From the IMG/VR virus record IMGVR_UViG_3300027709_000001, positions 1-53,866 of that record: a stretch of 53,866 nt of DNA, one strand, 5' to 3'. The notes beneath the pieces were generated by a model. The model saw only the letters and a program-made list of their open reading frames with translations. It did no database searches and was not told the origin of the DNA. Shown in pieces: positions 1 through 7,883 of the stretch. Each line of letters starts with the position of its first letter. Position 1 is the stretch's first letter. The translations under genes were made by a program, and so were the position numbers. Origin of the DNA: a virus. Taxonomy: Duplodnaviria > Caudoviricetes.

Positions 1-56
1 CTCTCCCAAGCAATAGCTAAACAGGCTATCGTGTCTACCGTTTCCACCACCCCGGA
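1..56 (-). tRNA. Non-canonical tRNA-Asn(GUU)-like gene, 5' part only (truncated by the window edge)
   Basis: Minus strand reads TCCGGGG TG GTG GAAACGGTAGA CAC G ATAGC CTGTTTA GCTAT TGCTTGGGAGAG: acceptor 5' strand, U8, D-arm with GG, perfect 5-bp anticodon stem, 7-nt loop with GTT. T-arm and 3' end are not in the window. Confidence 0.8.
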
Positions 57-62
57 TCGTCT

Positions 63-914
63 TTACATATTAGCTACAATACCTCTAACTTTATAATCTT
101 CAACTGCTCTTAGTAAGCGAGTTATTCCAATGCCTCCGCCTACTCTAGGTACAAAGTCGTAGCTTAAGAATTCATTTAGTTCCTTGTCTACACGTTCCTT
201 ACCAAATTGTCCATGTAATAGTTCTGCATACATACCATCACTTATAGTGTGAAACATATGACGCATCTCTTCAGGATCGCTACTGCGTTCTGCTGATCCT
301 ATAGTTTCTTGTCCAGATATAATAACATCTATCTTAGCCGCTGTTCCGTCACCGTTTTGTTTCATGTTCCAAAATGGACTAGTATAGTTTGGAAAGTTCT
401 TAATCATACAAACTCTACCTTGCCATTGTTTAGCCATAGCAGTTTCTTCTTTATGTGTTAGTTCTTCTACGCCAAATGAGTCAGCCCAGTCAACATAGTC
501 TTTAGCTACTACACTATGTTTAGGTCCAAAGCCCATATATTCTACTAGCTCCTTTTCCATGATCTCAAGCTCCGTAATTGTTCCTGGAAACTCAAATTCA
601 AACATTGGAAATATTAAATCATGTCGTCCTTCAATTGGGTTTGGTTCCTGTCTATAGGAAGTGGAGACACAAAAAAACCCCTTCGATGAGGGGCGTGTAA
701 GTAGTTCGTATTCTAGCCACATCTGGCCTGTTTGTGGTAACGGCCAAACATTGCCAGCGTAATTATAAGTGCTTACTGTGGTTGGATCTTCGCAAGCCGC
801 TAGTATGCTTAATCTGTTTTGGGTATGCACTTCATGGAAACCTTTCTCCATAAAAAAAGACCGTAAACGGCCGACAGTCTCAGTGAAGTGCTCGGGGTTA
901 ATAAGTTGGGTCAT
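63..914 (-). CDS. Class IIb aaRS catalytic-domain-only protein (AsnRS/AspRS paralog, archaeal-type asparagine synthetase AS-AR-like)
   Basis: Motif 1 region (LRSFF..GF.EV), motif 2 YRQE...RH..IFPMFEFE, motif 3 GGGIGITR; 283 aa, no N-terminal OB-fold; AGGAGG SD. Confidence 0.85.
   Translation of the reverse strand: MTQLINPEHFTETVGRLRSFFMEKGFHEVHTQNRLSILAACEDPTTVSTYNYAGNVWPLPQTGQMWLEYELLTRPSSKGFFCVSTSYRQEPNPIEGRHDLIFPMFEFEFPGTITELEIMEKELVEYMGFGPKHSVVAKDYVDWADSFGVEELTHKEETAMAKQWQGRVCMIKNFPNYTSPFWNMKQNGDGTAAKIDVIISGQETIGSAERSSDPEEMRHMFHTISDGMYAELLHGQFGKERVDKELNEFLSYDFVPRVGGGIGITRLLRAVEDYKVRGIVANM
671..694 (-). terminator. Intragenic intrinsic-terminator-like hairpin
   Basis: GCCCCT-CATCGA-AGGGG followed by T7 on the sense strand. 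Confidence 0.45.
852..872 (-). terminator. Intragenic intrinsic-terminator-like hairpin
   Basis: GGCCG-TTTA-CGGTC followed by T7 on the sense strand. Confidence 0.45.
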
Positions 915-1183
915 CAGTTGTTCCTCCTGTGTTTGAAAATAAATGCATCAGTCATTGAGTCATAATTAAAGTCTATTGTGTCCCAATGATTGATTTCTTT
1001 GATAGTTGATTCCCAATGCCGTTTGTACTCAGTACTCCACCCGTCCACACGAACGCTATACGTTTTAGTATCTGTTAATGCGTCGGTCATAAGTTTGACT
1101 AGTTCGACGTCTTTAAATTGTGAATTGGTGATGGTATGTGTTGGTGTTTTGAAGTTTTTAGTATTTAAGAGTTCTCTCGGCAT
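914..1183 (-). CDS. Hypothetical protein, translationally coupled (TGATG) to the aaRS-like gene
   Basis: ORF; ATG at 1183 lies 10 nt after a TAAATA motif. Confidence 0.65.
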   Translation of the reverse strand: MPRELLNTKNFKTPTHTITNSQFKDVELVKLMTDALTDTKTYSVRVDGWSTEYKRHWESTIKEINHWDTIDFNYDSMTDAFIFKHRRNN

Positions 1184-1279
1184 ACTAAAGTAATATTTAG
1201 CCAAAGATGCAAAAAGCGGTGCCTTACTGGTTTGATTGTAATTTCGCGACCTCGTTCGAACAGTATCTTGTTCGCCTTT

Positions 1280-1411
1280 CTACGAGAACAACTTAACCAA
1301 AATTACTACTTGTAGTCCTAATATTATTAAAGGAATAATAGTTCTAACAAGTTCCATAGTATGGTTAATGTTATCGAGCTTCTTTTCTAAATTTGTTTTA
1401 TTCTCTAACAT
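1280..1411 (-). CDS. 43-aa membrane protein (not in ORF track)
   Basis: MLENKTNLEKKLDNINHTMELVRTIIPLIILGLQVVILVKLFS; hydrophobic C-terminus; directly behind a sigma70 promoter. Confidence 0.65.
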   Translation of the reverse strand: MLENKTNLEKKLDNINHTMELVRTIIPLIILGLQVVILVKLFS

Positions 1412-1417
1412 AACAAT

Positions 1418-1446
1418 AGTATACAACCTTTAATGTATAAAGTCAA
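1418..1446 (-). promoter_or_regulatory. Sigma70-type promoter
   Basis: TTGACT-N17-TATACT, 6 nt before ATG. Confidence 0.75.
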
Positions 1447-1460
1447 CCATTATTTTGTGT

Positions 1461-1853
1461 TTAACATTCTTTTGGACAGTTTCGCACTCCCATTGGATCG
1501 CAACAGGCTGTTTCCTCTTTGGGTTTGGGCAACATAGGATTTTCTATAGGTGTTAGTAATTGTTTACAGTATGGTATTTTCATAGGGTTCCAAGCACTGA
1601 TCTTACATTTTGTAGCTTTAAGGTATGCGAGTTCTTCCTCTTCATTCATACAAGCCTTTTCACCGTCTAGTAATCTGTACCACTGACAATCTTCACCAGT
1701 GGCGGCACTTAAGGCGTGTTCACTTATAGTCTTATTAGTCTGAGTTGCAGATATTAAATCAGCCCCATTCAATGCTACAGATAGTTGCCAGGGAATAAAG
1801 GCACATGATGTTAAGAACGTGAAAACCACGCTTATGAAAAGTATTCTATTCAA
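1461..1853 (-). CDS. Cys-rich putative lipoprotein
   Basis: Signal peptide with lipobox LTSC; TTG start after ATAAATA and GGGA. Confidence 0.6.
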   Translation of the reverse strand: MNRILFISVVFTFLTSCAFIPWQLSVALNGADLISATQTNKTISEHALSAATGEDCQWYRLLDGEKACMNEEEELAYLKATKCKISAWNPMKIPYCKQLLTPIENPMLPKPKEETACCDPMGVRNCPKEC

Positions 1854-1875
1854 TATATTCCCAATCAGATATTAT

Positions 1876-2355
1876 TTATCTGCGGGTAATAAGGCCTTCC
1901 CATTGAGCTTCATTTGAAACTGAAAACATCATCATGTAAAACGGATCTACGCCTAAGTTAATAGAGGCGTATGGAGCATTATGCTCAAACTCAAATAAGT
2001 CACCTTTATTATAAGGAGCAATCATTTGATCTTCGTATATAAAAATATGCCCTAATTGGTAAATTGTTAAAGGCATCCATAAACGTCTTGTTGTTTCTGA
2101 TAATGTTACTACAGGAAATCCTTTCCCCGGTAATAGTTTCTTAAACCACCATTGCCACTCGTGGGTACCAAAATCCATTGGTGGTGCAATATTAAAATCA
2201 GTATTATGACGATCAAACAATTCCCAGGTTAATCCACTGAAAGGAATGTTTGCTTTTGATTGATTTGGATCTTCTTGCCGGTGGCCGTCGTTTTTTGCGA
2301 GATAGTCGATCCAGCTTTGGCTAATCCAATTTTCAAAGTTGCCAATGCATCTCAT
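1876..2355 (-). CDS. Hypothetical protein, possibly a degenerate double-stranded beta-helix (oxygenase-like) fold
   Basis: Pattern LLPG..FP...RLWMPL...GHIF..GDLFEF but no HxD..H. Confidence 0.5.
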   Translation of the reverse strand: MRCIGNFENWISQSWIDYLAKNDGHRQEDPNQSKANIPFSGLTWELFDRHNTDFNIAPPMDFGTHEWQWWFKKLLPGKGFPVVTLSETTRRLWMPLTIYQLGHIFIYEDQMIAPYNKGDLFEFEHNAPYASINLGVDPFYMMMFSVSNEAQWEGLITRR

Positions 2356-2362
2356 AGTACTA

Positions 2363-3145
2363 TTACTTATCTAACCAACCAGGCGACTTACTAGTTCTAT
2401 TGGATTTCTTGCTTAATTGTTTAGCTTGTATAATTAACATTGGTCCAAGTTGCTTATGAGTATATCGATCAGTTGCTTTTAAAATCGATCTTTTAAATCC
2501 TACAGCTAGATCTAATGGCTCTTTAGTAAGTAAACTTTTTACACACTTGTCAGCTAGTATTTCGTGATTGTCTTTACATAAATGATTATAGCGAGTATCA
2601 ATACCTTGAGAATACCAATCCCAATAACAATCATTCATAAACTCTGCAGATGATACTGAGCTACTTAAATCACCTACTACTTCAATTAATCCTGTATAGT
2701 CGATATTCAACGGAAACCCAGGTATTACTAAAAGATCAAAGCCTGCGTTTTGTTGGATTTGTTTAATCCAAGCAACCTGATGTTCGAAGCGAAATAAATC
2801 TATGTCATCTCGTTGAATATTTAATACATAGTTTTTTATAGAAGCCGCTTCTTCTTTTGTAATTAGCTCGTCTAAGTTAGCAACTGAGTAATTACTATAC
2901 TCAGGATATTTTTCTATTAACCAACTTCTATTAGGAGCCGTTAGAATAACAACTACAACATCATCCTTTGTAATATTAACTAATTGTTTGCGTAATTGTA
3001 AAAGTATCCAGTCATTAGCAACACCAACAGATGATGCATTATATAAACTATCAACCTTTAATTTCGTTCCTAGTGCTCGAGTCCAAGACCATTCTTCGTC
3101 AAAGTTTTGTGAAAAGCTGTCCCCGAATATAAACAGTTTACGCAT
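2363..3145 (-). CDS. SGNH/GDSL hydrolase-like protein
   Basis: N-terminal IFGDSF, GxxN block, C-terminal NHL. Confidence 0.6.
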   Translation of the reverse strand: MRKLFIFGDSFSQNFDEEWSWTRALGTKLKVDSLYNASSVGVANDWILLQLRKQLVNITKDDVVVVILTAPNRSWLIEKYPEYSNYSVANLDELITKEEAASIKNYVLNIQRDDIDLFRFEHQVAWIKQIQQNAGFDLLVIPGFPLNIDYTGLIEVVGDLSSSVSSAEFMNDCYWDWYSQGIDTRYNHLCKDNHEILADKCVKSLLTKEPLDLAVGFKRSILKATDRYTHKQLGPMLIIQAKQLSKKSNRTSKSPGWLDK

Positions 3146-3153
3146 CCCATCTC

Positions 3154-4572
3154 CTAATCTGTATTAAGATTATTTAAAAATTGTCTTAACTTTGTTGAGT
3201 CTGTTTCTGCATGAACCTTAGGTACAGGCCTACCTTCATCTGGTTCTTTTATAGGTTTATCTTCTGTTACTGTACTTGTTTTCTTTAGTCCTGTTAATAT
3301 AGGAGATGTAGCAATATTAGATTGATACGCTTCGTCTTCGTCTAAATCTGAAATACGTAAACTATCAATATCAAATTCTAAATCAATTTTACTTCCTATA
3401 CCACTTGATGATCTAGTCTTCATTAACTGTATTTGATAACGTCCACGCTCACGCATAGCTCTACTTGTAAAGATACCTATAACATTATCTGCTGTTTGAA
3501 TCTTACTTAATCCACCTGCAATATGTGAGTGATCAAATTCTATTTCTTCAACACTTTGTCTGTTTAACTGTGATGCTGTTACAAAGATAATGCCTAATTC
3601 CATTGATAAATTTCTTAGTTCTTCTGATACAAATTTATCTTTAACATATAAATCACTAGGTGATACTTTTTTACTTAACGGCATTAATAAGTCTAAATAA
3701 TCTACCAGCAATACATCTATTCTACGCCCTGTTTTAATTTCATATTCTTTAACAAAACTTCTAATATCATTTGTATTTTTACCACTTGGCATATACTTAA
3801 TTTGAAATGCTCCAGCCTTCTTACCAACTAGTCTAACTTTCATTTCAACACCATCTAAGTCTTTAAATATTTCACGAGTTGGTACTTCAGTTAACATACT
3901 ATCAATACGCATAGCAACTAACTGTTCAGAAAGTTCTAATGTTAAGTATACAACATTAAGTCCTTTTAGTACCCAGTTGACACCTAAGTTAGCTAAGAAC
4001 ACAGATTTACCTGCACCTGATCCACCTGCAAATATATTAAGTTCGCCACTATTAAAACCACCAAATAGTTTTCTATCTAATGATTCCCATCCTGTGCTTA
4101 CTTGTCCGTTATTATTTTTTAAAGCTAATAATCTTTGTTTAGGTTCTTTAAAATAATCAGTTCCAAGATCTTTTTGTAAACCTATTTGTACTGCTTGTTT
4201 TACTAAATCTTCTACAGGTCCATAGTCACCTTTTTCTAATAAGTCAGCACTTTCAAGAATTGCTTTTTCTAAACTTTTATGTCTACAAAAAGTTTCAAAG
4301 TCAGTTAATAACCAATCATAGTGTTGTTCATTTAAGTCTTTAGATACTTCTAATTTTATATCACAAGAACTGTTTATAATTTCTTGTGTAGGAAGTGTAT
4401 TATGTTTACTAACAAAGTCTTGTAAGAATTGTGCAGTTGGTTGTAATTGACGATCAAATAAAGATGGATCAAATATACCTTGACAACGCACAAAAGTTTG
4501 TGCATCGCTTAACATTACTTCTAAATAAGTTTTTTGTATATTGTATCCGTAGTCTATATTTTGTTTAGTCAT
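3154..4572 (-). CDS. gp41: DnaB-like replicative helicase (T4 gp41-like)
   Basis: Walker A AGGSGAGKS, LELSE, VDYLDL, TASQLNR, KTR. Confidence 0.93.
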   Translation of the reverse strand: MTKQNIDYGYNIQKTYLEVMLSDAQTFVRCQGIFDPSLFDRQLQPTAQFLQDFVSKHNTLPTQEIINSSCDIKLEVSKDLNEQHYDWLLTDFETFCRHKSLEKAILESADLLEKGDYGPVEDLVKQAVQIGLQKDLGTDYFKEPKQRLLALKNNNGQVSTGWESLDRKLFGGFNSGELNIFAGGSGAGKSVFLANLGVNWVLKGLNVVYLTLELSEQLVAMRIDSMLTEVPTREIFKDLDGVEMKVRLVGKKAGAFQIKYMPSGKNTNDIRSFVKEYEIKTGRRIDVLLVDYLDLLMPLSKKVSPSDLYVKDKFVSEELRNLSMELGIIFVTASQLNRQSVEEIEFDHSHIAGGLSKIQTADNVIGIFTSRAMRERGRYQIQLMKTRSSSGIGSKIDLEFDIDSLRISDLDEDEAYQSNIATSPILTGLKKTSTVTEDKPIKEPDEGRPVPKVHAETDSTKLRQFLNNLNTD

Positions 4573-5558
4573 TAGTTGTTATTATACCATATTTTAGGAT
4601 CAAAGTCAATATGTTGTTTGTTCATTGCTAGGACTCCGCCAATACATGAACCCGGATCCCCTGGGTTAGGTGGTACCCAAATATTATCCCACTCGCCTCT
4701 TATTACGTCCACTGCTTGTCTATTTAATGCACACCCGCCTGTAATAATAAGATTCCGGCTTGGTAAGTGTTTTGAACACCATTTACTATTTGATTGCATT
4801 ATTAATTGAAAAACAAATTGAGTTGCATTAGCAAGTCTTGCCATATCCATATCTGATTTTAATTCAGGCTTATACCAATCACAACCTTTATGCATATTAA
4901 TTTTAAAGTCTACACCTGGCACATCTCCATTTAGTTTAGGCTTAAGAAAAGTTTCTGTTACATCATTTATTAATTCTAAATTTTCAGAAGTAGCAATAGG
5001 TTCACCTAAAGGCGCAACTTTATATTCGTCTCTGTTTGCTTTAAAGCCAAGACGTTGTGTCATTGCTGAATAAAATAACCCAACACTATGTGGATAACTT
5101 TGTGAATAAATCTTTGAAAGATGGTCTGTACCACGCCATATAGTAAGACATTCAAACTCACCAATGCTGTCTAAAACTAATATAGTTGCATCTTCAAACC
5201 CGCTAGTGTACCATCCGTATGCGGCATGGCTATGATGATGTTTAGCATAGTGAATGGGACAAGTAATATCCCATTGTTTTAAATATTTTGTAATATTATT
5301 TTCAGCAAAGTTATGCCAACCTTGGCCTGCCCATACTTGTCTACAACTTTTAAGCCAGGGAATTTCGTACCATATAACTTTGTCTGGCATTCGCCAACCG
5401 CCGGCTTCTTTGGCGGCGTTAACAAGTTCAGGATTTAAATGGGGATCGTTGTCTACTTTCGAAAAGTCTTTAGCTAACGCGGCCCATAAAAGTTTTTCTC
5501 CTTCAAAAACTGCTATGCTGGCATCATGACTGTTTCCAACGATTCCCCAAGTTATCAC
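4572..5558 (-). CDS. Carbamoyltransferase (NodU/CmcH/TobZ family), N-terminal Kae1-like domain only
   Basis: HDAS, HHHSHAA, LDSIGE, SVGLFYS..T..LGF, EYK, GGCALN, PGDPG; ends before the C-terminal domain. Confidence 0.85.
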   Translation of the reverse strand: MITWGIVGNSHDASIAVFEGEKLLWAALAKDFSKVDNDPHLNPELVNAAKEAGGWRMPDKVIWYEIPWLKSCRQVWAGQGWHNFAENNITKYLKQWDITCPIHYAKHHHSHAAYGWYTSGFEDATILVLDSIGEFECLTIWRGTDHLSKIYSQSYPHSVGLFYSAMTQRLGFKANRDEYKVAPLGEPIATSENLELINDVTETFLKPKLNGDVPGVDFKINMHKGCDWYKPELKSDMDMARLANATQFVFQLIMQSNSKWCSKHLPSRNLIITGGCALNRQAVDVIRGEWDNIWVPPNPGDPGSCIGGVLAMNKQHIDFDPKIWYNNN

Positions 5559-6142
5559 TTACGGTGCTCCTCAATTTTGTCCACAAGACCAAATTCAATT
5601 GCCTCCTCTGCAGTCATAAAGTTATCACGTTCCATTGCGTCTGTAATAGTGTCGAGTTTTTGTCCTGTATGTTTAGCATACAAGTTATTCAATCTGTTTT
5701 TTGTTTCCATCATATCTTTAACATGGATTTCCATATCAGTAGCTTGGCCTTTAAAGCCACCTGATGGTTGGTGTATCATTATTTTACTATTAGGTAAAGC
5801 AACACGTTTTCCTTTTGCTCCAGCCATTAATAACATAGACCCGGCTGATGCCGCCATGCCAACACAAACAGTTGATACGTCAGGTTTAATATATTGCATT
5901 GTATCATAAATTGCTAATCCAGAGTGAACGTATCCACCAGGCGATTGTATGTACATAAAAATATCTTTATCCTTACTAGCTGATTCTAAATATAGTAGTT
6001 GGGCACATACTGAAGCCGCCATGTCTTCTGCTATTGGGCCTGTTAAAAATATGATTCTATCTTTTAATAGTCTACTATAAATGTCATAAGCTCTTTCGCC
6101 TTTAGACGTTTTGTCAACTACCATTGGTATTAAATTTGACAT
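5555..6142 (-). CDS. clpP: ATP-dependent Clp protease proteolytic subunit
   Basis: [22 protein letters not shown] (Ser), MIHQP (His), ERDNFM (Asp). Confidence 0.96.
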   Translation of the reverse strand: MSNLIPMVVDKTSKGERAYDIYSRLLKDRIIFLTGPIAEDMAASVCAQLLYLESASKDKDIFMYIQSPGGYVHSGLAIYDTMQYIKPDVSTVCVGMAASAGSMLLMAGAKGKRVALPNSKIMIHQPSGGFKGQATDMEIHVKDMMETKNRLNNLYAKHTGQKLDTITDAMERDNFMTAEEAIEFGLVDKIEEHRK

Positions 6143-6151
6143 TTGTTCTCC

Positions 6152-6496
6152 TTAATCATAACCTCTTCCGTGTTCATCATACCATGAATCCATACCTGGG
6201 TTCATGTTTGAGCAATCTATACGTACCTTTAATTCAACACGTTGTGGTTGCTCGAATTCTTTTTCTATATCTAATTTAGCATTACAGCCATCACAAATAA
6301 TAGGTTCTTTCCACGTCATTATCTTTGCAATTTCAAGTGGAATATTAATTGCTTGAAAATAATTTCCGTCAGCGTTCGGATGACTAATTGGAAATTCAAC
6401 TCTTTGTTGACATCTAGGACAGTATATCATTACAAAATCTTTTTGATTCATTTTGTCATACATATCTGCTGGGTCAATAAAATGTCCTTCTAACAT
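6152..6496 (-). CDS. Putative zinc-binding protein
   Basis: CPRC...CDGC; GAGGA SD. Confidence 0.6.
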   Translation of the reverse strand: MLEGHFIDPADMYDKMNQKDFVMIYCPRCQQRVEFPISHPNADGNYFQAINIPLEIAKIMTWKEPIICDGCNAKLDIEKEFEQPQRVELKVRIDCSNMNPGMDSWYDEHGRGYD

Positions 6497-6505
6497 AGTA
6501 TCCTC

Positions 6506-7231
6506 CTAAGGATTAGGGTTTCCTGCTATTGGTATAGGGTTACTTGACTGAATGTTACCTATATTAAAACTCATACTAGTTCTTGTTACATCACTTTGAA
6601 ACGGCCATACACAATGCTTTAACTGTGCATGGAATAATAATATGTCACCTGTTTTAGGAATAATTTTATGTGTTCCATTTGATCCTAATGAGTCTGAACC
6701 AAACACAAATTCAATTTGTCCTGCACACGCCATATTACTTTTACTGTTTTTACCCTCCTCTGCAATACACTCAGGTACGTCTATATATAATACAGAACTC
6801 ATTAAGCCACCATGAGCATGAGTAGGATTAAACTCATTAGCTTTTTGGTAATTGAGCCACGGTTCAACGTTGAATTCGAATCTAAATTCTTCCTCCTCTG
6901 TGGAAGTATCTTGCTCATACTCATCCTTGTTAAGTAAATGTGAAGCATAACGTCGTCTGTCCCAGTCGACAAAGTTTTTTAAATGCGGAGTAAGTTCTTC
7001 TCTAAATATTTCTTTAACTGCTGACCCTGTGGCCCAAAGAACTTCCTTATCAATATTACCGGCAAGTTTGGTAGTAAAGTCTTCACCATCTCTGTAACTA
7101 TCCTCAGCAATTTGTTTAAGACAGTCCATCATATTTTCATTCATTGTTGAGTGATATATAGATGGCCCAAACGGTCTTATAATATTAAATCCTCCGGCTT
7201 GTATACCATCATGTACTACATCATTTTTCAT
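6506..7231 (-). CDS. 2OG-Fe(II) oxygenase (HxH type)
   Basis: WLNYQ..EFNPTHAH..SSVLY...GDILLF..LKHCV...RTSMSFN. Confidence 0.85.
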   Translation of the reverse strand: MKNDVVHDGIQAGGFNIIRPFGPSIYHSTMNENMMDCLKQIAEDSYRDGEDFTTKLAGNIDKEVLWATGSAVKEIFREELTPHLKNFVDWDRRRYASHLLNKDEYEQDTSTEEEEFRFEFNVEPWLNYQKANEFNPTHAHGGLMSSVLYIDVPECIAEEGKNSKSNMACAGQIEFVFGSDSLGSNGTHKIIPKTGDILLFHAQLKHCVWPFQSDVTRTSMSFNIGNIQSSNPIPIAGNPNP

Positions 7232-7243
7232 AGCTTCTCCATA

Positions 7244-7477
7244 TTAGTTCAGAGTAGGTTTCTTAAATGGTGAGACTTCTGTTCTAGTATCTAAAATAGT
7301 TTCAACCATTCTATTAAATTCATCTTCTCTAAGTGCAGTTTTATAGATACGCATGGCTTGTGCCATCATAACTCCTGCAACTTCTAAGGGAGTATGTCCA
7401 TCATTTACGCATAGCTTTTCTACTAGTTTCTCAACTGTTCTGTATGCAACTTCTAACTCTGAATCTTTATCTAACAT
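7244..7477 (-). CDS. Hypothetical protein
   Basis: Packed ORF in operon. Confidence 0.7.
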   Translation of the reverse strand: MLDKDSELEVAYRTVEKLVEKLCVNDGHTPLEVAGVMMAQAMRIYKTALREDEFNRMVETILDTRTEVSPFKKPTLN

Positions 7478-7487
7478 CTTTTACCTT

Positions 7488-7643
7488 TCAATCAGTTGTG
7501 CTTTCTGGTTTAGGAGGTTTCCTCCATACATTATCTTTTAGTCTGGAAGGTAAATTACTTGTGTTCTTTCGTTTTGGAATTTTCCAGACTGATGGTTCCT
7601 TCTGTTTGAATCCTGCGGGTTTTCTATATCCACTTTTAGCCAT
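7488..7643 (-). CDS. Small basic protein (51 aa)
   Basis: GGAGG SD before ATG at 7643 (MAKSGYRK...). Confidence 0.55.
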   Translation of the reverse strand: MAKSGYRKPAGFKQKEPSVWKIPKRKNTSNLPSRLKDNVWRKPPKPESTTD

Positions 7644-7645
7644 TA

Positions 7646-7747
7646 TTATTTCCCTCCTAAAGAAACAGCAGTTAATATTTCTGCTACCCAATATCCTACG
7701 AAAACAATTGCTCCTAGAACTAATATTATTTTAACACATTTACTCAT
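7646..7747 (-). CDS. 33-aa single-TM protein (not in ORF track)
   Basis: MSKCVKIILVLGAIVFVGYWVAEILTAVSLGGK; AAGGAG SD. Confidence 0.6.
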   Translation of the reverse strand: MSKCVKIILVLGAIVFVGYWVAEILTAVSLGGK

Positions 7748-7760
7748 ACTACATCTCCTT

Positions 7761-7883
7761 TTATTTGTATATAAATGGATCTTTAGCTTGTAGTTCTTTA
7801 AGACGCTTTTTAAATCTACGTCTTTCTTTCCACTTATAATACGGGGAACAAATTTTGTCCCATAGGTTCTTTAACCAAACCAT
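7761..7883 (-). CDS. 40-aa basic protein (not in ORF track)
   Basis: MVWLKNLWDKICSPYYKWKERRRFKKRLKELQAKDPFIYK; overlaps primase end and fills the gap. Confidence 0.6.
   Translation of the reverse strand: MVWLKNLWDKICSPYYKWKERRRFKKRLKELQAKDPFIYK

Noticed and set aside
850-1279. T-box riboswitch controlling the aaRS-like gene
   Set aside because: No T-box consensus (AGGGUGGNACCGCG-like) or long stem I found, and the upstream region is mostly coding.
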